A stretch of 64,000 bases of DNA from assembly GCA_027923505.1 (NCBI GenBank), contig BROI01000002.1, positions 62,001-126,000 of the forward strand, in the 5' to 3' direction. Shown in pieces: positions 47,372 through 58,700 of the stretch. The stretch is from Mayamaea pseudoterrestris (lineage: Eukaryota). Made by a program: the position numbers and the translations under genes. Position 1 is the first letter of the stretch; each line of letters begins with the position of its first letter. Under the pieces are notes generated by a model. It was not told where the DNA came from, ran no database searches, and was given only the letters and a program-made list of their open reading frames with translations.

Positions 47372-47488
47372 GTTGATGAAGATCGGTGTCAGAGAGATGC
47401 ACAACAAACTTTGTGAAGAATGAGTGGCTATTCTCGACGAGGTATCCAGCGGATGAACGAATCTGTGAGGGGCATCAACGTGCACGAT

Positions 47489-47514
47489 TGAATCTTTCGA
47501 ATCTTTCGAATCTC
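47489..47514 (+). promoter_or_regulatory. Three tandem YGAATCTH (PSR-type phosphate-starvation) motifs
   Basis: TGAATCTT, CGAATCTT, CGAATCTC at 9-bp period, ~120-145 bp upstream of the PiT ATG. Confidence 0.7.
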
Positions 47515-48225
47515 GTCCCTGTCGATACTGAAAGCAGAAGGAAAAGAGTGCATTTCACGCAATATTCATCTGTTTCTTGATATGAACTGCTTTGAAAGCC
47601 CTCAACGTTGCCCCTCCATTGGTTCACCTTAGCCCACCTTGGCACCGCCAGGAGGCAATTAGTCTTTACTTAGTAAAAGGCCTCATTCACGACCCAACGG
47701 GGATGGCTCCAACCAAGGCTCCGCCGCTGCTTTACTAGAAACTTGCGCCACCAATTTGGCCATTCCAAAGTCGATGATAGTAGGCGAAAGAGGCTTCATA
47801 TTGACAGAAGCAAATCTAGCTGCCTGGATGAAAAAGACTTATGGTGAATAGAGTAGCGGGGCCCTCACCTGTTGCGGTGTTGGCTGCTTGTGATCACATT
47901 TGGCAGCAGCGGGCGAAGCGAACCACTGGTGAGGAAGTCTCGGGTCTCATTAGTCATGACACATCACTATAGTTGTTGTTTCCTTTGCGTTGTCGAGTAC
48001 GAGGCATGATGCGAAAAGGCGCGCTGTGAGTACCGGTCTGACTTAAACTACCCCTGGTACGATGCCGTCTGCTCGAAACACTACACGTATTTCATCTCTG
48101 ATCCATGATATGTAGGTACAAGTTGATACGTTCACACGAATCTGGTCGCTTGACATGAGCAAATGTTATTGTAGTGTATTGTATGTTTATTCTAAGATGA
48201 AAAGGTGTATGATGCAGGTGTAGGT

Positions 48226-48714
48226 TCACATCTCTAAAGCGAACGGCATGCTTTCATCGTTGTCATCGTCGTGTTCATCATCTTCGTGACGAATGACATC
48301 GCAAAGCGTCGTTTGACGGAATAGCTGAAGTTGCTTTGGAATTGGAAAGCGACTCTGCAGCGAGTCGCTCTTGTTCTCGTCATTTCTCGCATTGTAAATG
48401 TTCAAAAGGCTCATGTTGTTGGCGTGCCGCCAGCGACAGTCTCGCGTTGTACTTTGCGTCTTGAGCAAGCCATGGACAATGCGCTGAAACATGACATTGT
48501 CGCGATCATCCGCCACGAGTTTCTCGGCATCTATTTCCGATGACGTTCTCATGTGCTTGGAAGGAACAATGGGAATGCTTTCGGATCGTTCGCGCATCTT
48601 GGAAAATTGAGAGTCGTCAGAGTCAAAGGAAGAGTTTGGCGTGACGGATCGAAGAGATGGGAGTGATTCGAGAACAAACTGCGAAGATTCGATCTGGTTG
48701 ATGTATTGCGGCAT
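48226..48714 (-). CDS. Hypothetical protein with acidic C-terminus
   Basis: ATG ORF MPQYINQ...DDNDESMPFALEM. Confidence 0.6.
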   Translation of the reverse strand: MPQYINQIESSQFVLESLPSLRSVTPNSSFDSDDSQFSKMRERSESIPIVPSKHMRTSSEIDAEKLVADDRDNVMFQRIVHGLLKTQSTTRDCRWRHANNMSLLNIYNARNDENKSDSLQSRFPIPKQLQLFRQTTLCDVIRHEDDEHDDDNDESMPFALEM

Positions 48715-49145
48715 CTTGAAGGAATCGATTGATAAGCAATACACAACTGGAAGCCAAAGATACAACGTTTTATGTATGTGCGATGAGACTGACGAATGAA
48801 CGTCGGATTTGCGCGGTGGCTCTACGTCAAGGTCTGGATCGCGCACACATTCCTTCGAGTGAAGGGCGAACGAGGTGACTGGGTGGATGGGATGCGCTCG
48901 TGGACTTGCAATTTAACTGCTCGGCTGTTAAATAAGGAGAATGCAGCTTTCGCGTGCTTGATGCGCGTCGTCGGCAATCGTGTTGCGGCGTCGAGTCGCT
49001 ACGGCATTCCTGTCTGTCCGGTACTCGATTTGCATTGGCAGCCGCAGAATCGACCATGGGGATAAACGAAGGCTGCATCACTTAAAATGACGTGCAGGAG
49101 CCTCGTGTAGTTAATTCACATCACATTAAAAATTAACGTTCTAAC

Positions 49146-52100
49146 ATGCTCCGTGTAACTCCAATATACGGAAGTCGCTGGTCGCCGCAGGGCCAAGCGG
49201 AGGAACCCTCGTGTACACTCGTTGAATATTCCGGAGTGCGCATCCTGTGGAACTGTGGTTACAAACCCGACTTTCCAACCAGCCTCCCGAAACATGACGC
49301 ATTGATTATCAGTGACAGCTCCTTGGCTGCTGCTGGAGGACTTCCGCAATATTACAGCTACATGATGAAGCAAAACGAGCAACAGCAGCACATGCAAGTC
49401 GACGATGAACGAAATGCTTCTCATTCACAAGCAGCCAATCTTTCGCTGCCGAAAATCTACGCTACTTTTCCCACCGTTAAAATGGGTCAAATGACGCTAT
49501 ATGATTTGCATGCTTCCATTTGCTTGGATGGAGGTTGTCCAGCCTTTTCGCTACAAGATATTGATGGCGTCTTTGCAAGCATTCAATCCATCAAGTACAG
49601 TCAGCCAATCGTCGTCGTTGCAGCAAATAACTTGAAGGATCCATTATCATCAACGATTACAGTAGTCGCTCATCGCGCCGGTCATTTGGTGGGAGCCGCC
49701 TTTTTCAATCTGCATCGCTACCGCGACGAAACGCTCGTTGTTTTGACGACGAGTCGATACCAAATCGCCAAGGAACTGCACTTGGATGGATCCACCTTGC
49801 TGCAGGATGGATCGTCACCCGACGTGCTGGTCTGCAGTCCCGGCGGAGTCAACATGCGCTACCTGAGAACGCTGGCGCATACAAGTAGTTCTGGAGGCAA
49901 GGTTGGTGCCGCGTCGTCGGCAGCAACGTCGCTACTTCCGACACTCATGGTGACGCAAGCCGAACGCAATTTGACGGAAACGGTCATGTCGACGCTTCGT
50001 CGGGATGGTAATGTTCTGCTACCAGTGGACGCGGCTGGTCGCGTCTTGGAGTTAGTTTTGCTGCTGAATCGGCATTGGGAGCGCCAGCGACTGACTAGCA
50101 CTTACAACTTGGTTTGGTTTGCGCCAATGGTCTATAATACATTGGACTATGCCCGGAGTCAGCTGGAATGGATGGCCATGCAACTTGGCACCGAATTTGA
50201 TAGCATGAACGCTGGACATCCCTATCAGCTCCGCGCCGTTCAAGTGTGCACGTCCATGCGGCAGCTGGAGCAAGTGTTGGCGAATCAGAATCCAAGCTGC
50301 GTCCTGGCGAGTGGATTGTCCCTGGAGGGAGGACCAGCGCGAGATGTGTTTCTCAAGTGGGCGGAGAATCCAGATAATGCAATCATTTTTACGGATTCCT
50401 CGCAGTGTTACTTGAGAACGACGTGGGAGGGAACGAGTGCAATTACTGAAACTACCGCGGATCAAGTCATGATGGAGGCGAATCAACAGCAGTTGACGAG
50501 TGCCACTACATCCTCCACCATGGTTGGTAGCACTACTGCAGCATCAGGTCCCGTCCCCATTGAGCTTGATCCCGAGGACACGGAGGATCACGAGGCCACT
50601 GGCGGCGTCGGCCGACAAACGCTCGTCGGAAACGCCGTGGACCAAATGTCCGAATGGACCACGGCTGGTCAACTGTTATTCGCCTGGGCGCAGGCAAAGT
50701 TGGAGGGCCGAGAAATGGAAGATTTCGTTCCTATCGATGTCAAGGTTCCACGACGGGTTCCCTTGGTAGGCGCCGAACTTAATGCGTTCTTGGCAAGCGA
50801 GGAGAAGGCGAGGCAATTGCTGTTGCAGGAAGAAGAGGCGAGCGCCATGTTGCGAGAGATTGAGCTGGCCAAAGGAGAGTTACGTCTTGGTGAACAGGAA
50901 GGTGCTACGCTAGCAGTGGTGGAACCTACAGCCAATGCTAACAACAAGTCGAGGCCACAAAAGAAGAGTCGGTTTGATTCCAGTTTGTTTTTCAAGTTTT
51001 CCAAGCCATTGCATTGTAAGTTATATAAGAGTTCTGGATTAGAAAAGCGAGAGGGCGTTGTTACTGTGTATCTAACACTTCGCTGTTCGAATTTCGGCCC
51101 CAGTGATGTTTGACGTACACGAAGACCCTGTCGGTATTGGCCAAGACGAGTCAGTTACGAAGTCTGGCATTGGAGAGTCAATGGGACGATCAGCTGAAAC
51201 ATTAGAAGACGACTATGGGATTGCTGTGGTTCCGGAACTCTTTACAGACATTGTTTCCGGTGTTGATTCGTCCAAATTTGGCACAGGTAGGATCGGTGAT
51301 GAAGTTTTACGTCGCGGCCTCGGTTACGGCGTCGATGGTGCGAGCGGGAAAGGAAAGGCATTGGCCGGAGTAAATGGACGACTGGTGTCTGATGTAGACG
51401 ACCACGATGATTTCGATGAGCTGGACGAAGACGCGTTGGAGGCTGTCGATCTTAGCGAGGGACACGGAATCATTCGCGGGCGCAATGGCCAGCCTCCAGC
51501 CAAGGTCACGACAGTTGTACGAAAGGTTGAGGTTCAAGCAGAAATATCCTTTGTTCCATTGGAGGGTCGTGTGGATGCCCGTGCAGCGCGGCAGTCAGTT
51601 CGCGCTCTGCAACCGCGACGAGTCGTTGTATTGGGCGGACCATGTACGGGCGAAAGACATGATACACTCGTCGACGAGGTCTCGCTGCTGGCTGAAGCCG
51701 CAACATCTTTCGTGACGGACGACGAACCAATACTCGTTCCCAGCGATGGCGAATCGGTTGAGTTAAACATTGGTCACGCCGCGTACGCTGTCCGCGTCAT
51801 TGACAATCCCTATCAAACTCGCGAGGAAAAGGCAAGCAACGTTCCGCCTCCACAGCTCCCAGAGCCATTTGAAGCCAAACTTGGCGGTTGCACCGTCAGC
51901 TTACTGGACAGTGTTGCGACGGGTCAAAAGGTGGCAGCAGATGGAAGCATTGTCCTTGCTCCCAGAGCGAAACTAGTCGATGAAATGCCGAGCCTTTATC
52001 TTAGCGATGGAGAAGTGTTGCTGACGGACCTGCGCACCGAGCTAATTGCTGCTGGCATGAAGGCTGAGTACAGCACTCACCAAGGGTACGCCCAATTGAT

Positions 52101-52224
52101 AATCAATCAGAGGATTATTGTCAAGAAGGCAGTCGCCTCTGGTCGGTTCGAAATCGAAGGTCCGCTCTGCGAGGACTTTTATACCGTTCGTGCCTTTGTC
52201 TGCGGGCAATTTGTCATTTTATAA
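49146..52224 (+). CDS. CPSF2: Cleavage and polyadenylation specificity factor subunit 2 (CPSF100); intron 51016-51103
   Basis: YATFPTVKMGQMTLYD, AGHLVG, GNVLLPVDAAGRVLEL, ARSQLEWM, EGRVD, IEGPLCEDFY. Confidence 0.93.
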
Positions 52225-52515
52225 GTCTCTGATGAATAGGATCCTTGCTGTCATTACTTAACAATAAATATGATGGGCTGAGCATCGGTTGAATAATTTT
52301 ACACCAGAATATAGCACGCATTTATTATTATCTAGGAGTACTATTTAAACCAAGATTAAATTATGATAAATTTTGATATACGGTCTGCTTTACGGATGCA
52401 GGCGCTCATGCGTACCATAGCTTAAGCATGTGCAGGATACTGTACAGATAGCTAAACAGCTGTCCGCTTGAATTTCGCAATCCAATGCACGCCCACTTTC
52501 GTTTCATTGTTCACC

Positions 52516-54936
52516 ATGGCGCTTCGAACCTTTTCCTCCAACCCGTCACTGGGTGGGTTTGGCAGCGGGCCATCTGCCAGTAGTGGATTGAATGATACGA
52601 ATATTGTAGATCCAGTATCTGGCGGCGATGCGTTTGCTCAAATTGTAAAAGAACTCGTCGACAATGGAATCGATGCATGTTCTGCATCTTCATCTGTCAA
52701 AGGCACCAGTCAGGCGCTCGACAAGAGGGTACGAGTCACGATTGAACCGTTCAAACCAAGCTCCGACAATGACCTGAATGATGACCCTTATAAAAAGAAC
52801 AAGCAGGAACTTTGTCGCGTGACTGTCATTGACAATGGCTGCGGCATGGACAATATTCAACGTTGCATTGATCCCTTCCAGTCGAGTAAGCAGGGACTGC
52901 AGTCCATCGCAAATGGCTCCAAAGAGTCACAAACGGCTGCTAGTGATCGCGAAGAAAGTGAAACGCGGAAAGAACGAGCTACCGTTGGTCGTTACGGTAT
53001 TGGCTTGACCCTTTGCCTCCTACATGGCCAACGACTGGTTCCAAATTCATCGTCGCAAATTACGTCCGCCACTGCTTCATGTACACATTGGTCTAACACT
53101 ATTTGGGTGGTTGATACGGAAGATGACAATATCAAGTGCGTCAAGCAGTGGTGTGTCGTTAAATCGTCGGCACTTGAGAGTGGCACAAAAGTCACTCTCC
53201 TACTACCGGTAAGTGACAGTTTCTCAATATTTATTGGTTCAATTCATGCTTTTCTTATCCCGCTCAACTAATCTATATATGAATCAGGGAGGTAGCTCTG
53301 CGGAACGGGCTTGGTTGCGTCTTGGAGAGTATTTCAATCGTTTTCATCTAAGCATCAACCTCACGTGCCGGTTGGAAGTCTTGGCGCCAATGCTCAGCAG
53401 CGTCCCCATTTACGTCAAGCCACTTGCAGTCGACGATGCAAACGATGAAGTCTCAGAACGCAAAGGTGATATTTGTGTATCGCGGGAAACGAAAGCGCTC
53501 GCAGCGGTGAACGACCGTCTTTTGGCAGTCCAGAGCTCTGTGCACAAGTACTCGACGAGACAGGTGGAGCTCAAGAATTTAGCATACAAGCGATTTCCGA
53601 TTCGAAGCGAGACTCATCAGGCAATACAGCCGGATACACCTTACTTGGAAGTGTGGCTTGCCGTATTATCGCCTGAAGCCGAAGTGTTCGAAGCCGAACG
53701 CGACGATGATGAGGACCAGACTGTAAGTGAGAACAACCGGGAAAACGGCAATGATGACATCCTCGCTGATAAAACTTGCGGTGAGTTTCGACTCATTCGC
53801 ATGGTAAACGGAATACCATTGCTTGATAATATAGAGGTACTTGGATGTGGAGTCGTCAATACCATCGCTTCGCTGCGACAAGTTTGGTTCTCCTTCGGCT
53901 TGGAAGTTGCGTTGGCGAAAATAGACAAGATTAATCTGACAACGCCAGCCTTGGAGGTCCAGGACAGCAGCCAAATCTTGCCATTTTTGGCAAAGAGTGC
54001 GCATGACATATTCGAAGCTGGCGAAGACGGATCCGACGATGATTCAACTAGTAGTGGGGGCGACTCTGACTCTGATCATGATGCTGTCCAGCCAGGGCGA
54101 CGGCGACGGCAAAGAGACGGCTTGGCTTGTGCTGTGCTTCCCGCCCACGTGCGTTTCGCAAATGCCATCATGGTGGTCCACGTCAACGGCACTCCCACGT
54201 CCTTGCCGCTGCCGACTCTGTCCAAGGTATGAACACACTTTTGTCGCGTTCGTGATCGAGAAAAATTACGTCTCACCTTGATTATTATCAATGCCAGGGT
54301 TGTCTTCCAGCCAACAATAAAGCGATTGACGATGCCTTGGAGCAAGGCTTGACGCAGTGCTTGCGGTCGCTCCAGCGATCGAATCCGTCCCTCCTCTTTT
54401 CGTCGCAAATGCTCCAAGCCTCCGAGCGGGACGTTCGCTACGTGCCGCTACTGGCGACGGCAATCACCTCCATCATGTTGAACTTTGAGACGCGATCCAA
54501 CAAGACGACCAAAGCGACAATGCGTTCCTGGAAGCAACAAAATGACTCGAAAATGTGTGCAACTACGTCTAGTCAATCCAGTCACCTGCGCGACGACGAC
54601 GACGATATTGATACGGAAAGTGATGACGACGACTCCAACGAGCAGACGGATTCTATCTCCAAAGGTCGGCTGTTTGCAAGCTTGGCGGAGGATCAGATTC
54701 GACTTCGATTAAACCAAGCTACTTCAGCGACTAAAAGCGACTGCGAAGGAGGCAGCAGTGCCAGCGATAATTCGGAGCCTGCGGCAAAACGAATCTATAA
54801 AGATCTCCTTGATTCAAGTAGTAGCGATGCTGAATCTGAAGAAACAAATGGTAACAGATCCAGTGTCGCTAACAGTGGGGAAGAAATGCACAAAATCATT
54901 GACGGCGACGACTCTGACATTGACGACTGGTTTTGA
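52516..54936 (+). CDS. Topoisomerase VI B-like GHKL protein; introns 53209-53287, 54227-54297
   Basis: KELVDNGIDA, DNGCGM, GRYGIGL, SGTKV; transducer-like IRMVNGIPLL. Confidence 0.75.
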
Positions 54937-55003
54937 AATTTTTTGAGATCAATGCAACCACGCATTGCTTGCAAATAAACTTAGACTCTAGAACGCCTTC
55001 ATA

Positions 55004-55504
55004 TTATGGCTGTCCTGCTTGCAGTAAAAATTGTATGCAATCTCGCAAGGCAATCACGTCAGCATCATTTTCGTCAAACTCGTCGTCGTCCATCAACTCT
55101 TTGAGCTCTGCCACCTTTGCCTCTAGCGCCGTCTTGCCCGCATTATTGCGAATGTTTCTGTCAATACCAGAAATGAGCAAAATTTCGCACGCTTGCGCCG
55201 ACGACGCGTAGTGCAGCGCCGAATCTCCTTCGGCGTCCAAAACTTGCAAATCGGTTTGCTGCGGCAGCTGCAGTATGAGCCACTGCATGGTGGATATTTG
55301 GCTGTAGGAGGACGCTGCCTGCAGCAAGGTGTAGCCGTGTTCGTCAACGACAGTCACTGGGAGTTGTAACTGTTGCAGTGATTCCTGTAAAAGCGGCAAG
55401 TTGCCATCCGATGCGGCGATCCAAGGAGTCGACGAGTCAATGTTTGCCGATGTTACTTGTTGCGGCTGGGCGGCCGTGTTGGATTCTTTTGAGTTATTTG
55501 ACAT
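55004..55504 (-). CDS. Ankyrin-repeat protein
   Basis: PWIAASDG, GYTLLQAASSY, GDSALHYA, GKTALE. Confidence 0.88.
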   Translation of the reverse strand: MSNNSKESNTAAQPQQVTSANIDSSTPWIAASDGNLPLLQESLQQLQLPVTVVDEHGYTLLQAASSYSQISTMQWLILQLPQQTDLQVLDAEGDSALHYASSAQACEILLISGIDRNIRNNAGKTALEAKVAELKELMDDDEFDENDADVIALRDCIQFLLQAGQP

Positions 55505-55789
55505 TATTGATTGCTGACTGCTAGTTCTTTTACGCTTGCTAACTCGCGATGCAGGTTCCGTTTGCATATGGAAAATTATGTAACGAGGGGAAGAATGAGG
55601 GAAGCAGGCGGTGAAAGGAAAAAATGGTTCGTGGTCGGCGACACTTCGCACGTAGAACCAGTACGACTTTTAAAGATACCACTGCGACATTTACGTGCCG
55701 AGACAGCTTTGCGTTGACGAGGGCAACACAAACCGTTGCCGCATCATATTCAAAGTCTCTCTTCATCTAATGTAGTAGACTCTTCAAGC

Positions 55790-58700
55790 ATGTCGTCATT
55801 GTCATTGCTGGATCGATTCAACAAGAATTTTCTTTCCAGGGAAATTCCCTTTTGGAATGTCAATGCAGTCGATGGAGCAGCAGCCAATGCTCGCAGCAAG
55901 CGACGACACCATGTTCCTGCTAACCTTGATATACATTACGTAACTGACAATCTACTGGCTGCTTCTGCTCCACACTCTCCGCTAGAGACGAGAACCTTTC
56001 TGGATACTGGAAGGGATGAAGCAAAAAAGACGAATGCTAAGACAGAATGCCACAAAAGTGATGACGACTGTGACGACGAGAGTCTCTGCGTCGAGCAGTT
56101 GCAGCACGAGCCGGAGGAGCATGCTAAAACAACAACATTATACAATCACGAGCGCCGCAACGGAAACTCCGCTGCTGCTTTCGCCTCCTTTTTGGATGCA
56201 AACTACGCCAACAAGTACATGATTTTCATGCTTGGTCCTGCTCCGCCCGACGACTTGACGCTGCTGCTGTTGCGGAGACAAATTGTTCAACTTGACAGCC
56301 ATCAGCAGCAGCAAGCAAACAAGAACAAGTCACCAGCCATTTACAGACAGCAGAAACTGTTAGACGCTTGCTACGCCTTGCATGCCTGGTTGTCGGCAGA
56401 CGCGAGTCACGTTGCAGTTGTTTGCTGTCCCAATGGAAGGACCCACACGGCGATTGTGCTGGCAGCCTATTTGAAATATATGGATCAAGTCGAAACCATG
56501 CATGATGGATTCTGTCACGTGGTTCAATGCATATTGAAACTGCCGAGTGACACGCAACATGATGAACGAAATGACTCGTCTGCAACAAACTCTATACATG
56601 GAATACTGCAGCAACTACCAGCCAGCTTGCATCAAGCGTTTCGAAACATGGACAAGCTAATCGAGTACGGAGAGTGCATTCAGTCGCGTCCCTTGCTGCT
56701 GCGAGCCATTGCCTTGCAGGGCGTGCCGGTGGAATGCGCACCGCTGCTGCAACTCTACGATGCGAGTGGTACAAACGACAATGCTCATCAACAAGGCCAT
56801 CTTGTCTACTCGTCGTCTCAAAATTCCGAAAAGGTGCAGTGGGTTGACGATGAAGGATTCTACTTGGTCAATTGCGTCGTGCAAGGCGAGTTTCGCCTCG
56901 AATGTCGATTCGGAGATGCGTTTAATCATAATGACGAGGTGGACGATGACTACAATGATGCAGAAGAAGAAAGTAACGATATATCCAAGATTTTGTTTCT
57001 GTTCATGCACTCGACGGGATTCTTGGGAGCCGGAACTTATGAACTGACCTTGGACGAAATTGACGTGCCGCCTCGTTATCGACCCTACTTTGACGAGGAC
57101 GATTTCATATTGACGCTAGTGTTTGAATCGGATTGGAGCTGCACTCGCAACGATGCGAACGATGAAGAATCAAAATTAATGTCACTCATTCAACAAGACT
57201 GTCCAGAGTCAATTCTACCGTATGTCTTGTACGATATGGAGGCTGTGCAGCAGGGCTGGTGGATTATTCACACGCTTCACTCGGCGCGGCCAGCCGACGA
57301 AGATATTGATCGGTTCCTGGCGGATCTACGGACCACTCCAAATGCGCCGGCGTGGGCGCTAAGTGGTCAGGCGCAGCGACACTTGGTGGCGCTGGCGTTG
57401 CAGCTTTACAATTTTCATTGGAGTCGGACGCGCGAGGCATTGCTCATTGGTGACTTTTGCAAGTGGTGGAACTTGCATGGCAGTGACGAGGGTTTGTCAA
57501 CGACAGGCGACGATCATGACATTACTAATGCAGACATCATGGTGGATAGGGATTCACAAATAAAGGAAAGTCCAATCAGTTTGCCATACGGGTCGTCGGT
57601 CATGAATCCTCGACCGGGTGATATCTTGCATTCGCTGGAGTCGGTAGAAATCAGAGACTTGCTTTTGAACAGCAACACAGGCAACGGAAAATTTCAACCT
57701 GCTTTTCGCTATATATCGAAGAAAAATCAAGCATCTGTTCTCAGTCCCAGTCTAATGGACGATCCGCGAAACCAAGACGCAGTTGCATGCTTTCTGCAGC
57801 TTGATCATCTAGAAGTTGATTTACAAGATTTGATTAACCTCAAGGAGGCTTCAAGATTCTGGAACACTGGGACTTTACCGCAGCAGCCGGCCGTGGATAC
57901 ATCCGACATGGCCGATTCGCGCGGCAGTCTGCAGGGACAGGCTACCGATGAGATGTCTTCAAGCGTTAACCACCCATCTTTGATTGAAAATTATTCAAAG
58001 GGGGTTACTGAACCGGAGGAGGACGAAAATGGCAACGTCGATGCGATTCCAAGTGAACCTTCGCTTGCGGATGATCCAAAGTTTGCTAAATACTTTCGAA
58101 TGTTAAAAACTGGCCTTCCTCCGACTGTTGTCCGCCATGCTTTACAAAGGGATGGGCTCGATCCATCGATCCTTGATTTCGATCCGACAAGATCCTATGT
58201 GTCGCAGGTCAACGATATGACGTCGACAGAGGATCTAAAGACAACTCTTGTGCAAACAGATGAGCCAGAGACGCTGCCACTGAAAGACGATCCGACGTAT
58301 TCAAAATACTTTCGCATGCTAGACAAAGGAATACCCGAAGGTGCTGTCCGAAATGCTCTTCGGCGTGACGGCTATGAAGAATCCATACTTGCCCTTGATC
58401 GGACGAAGACTTACGCGTCGCAAAAGCAGGTAGCAATTAAGGAATCAAAGCAAGAGGAGCAAGCATTGAAAGATGACCCTACCTATGCGAAATACTTTGA
58501 CATGCTGAGCAAGGGGCTTCCAGAAGGAGCTGTCCGAAACGCACTCCTACGGGCCGGCCATGATCCTTCCATTCTTGACTTAAATCCCACAAAATCGTAT
58601 GCTTCACAGACAAGCAATAAAGTTGATTCCCAAGGTGAGCTAGCTCTGAAAGACGACCCAGCATACGCGAAATACTTCGACATGCTAAGCAAGGGTCTTC

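Noticed and set aside
47559..47567. Plant P1BS site (GNATATNC) upstream of PiT
   Set aside because: gcaatattc does not match the consensus on either strand
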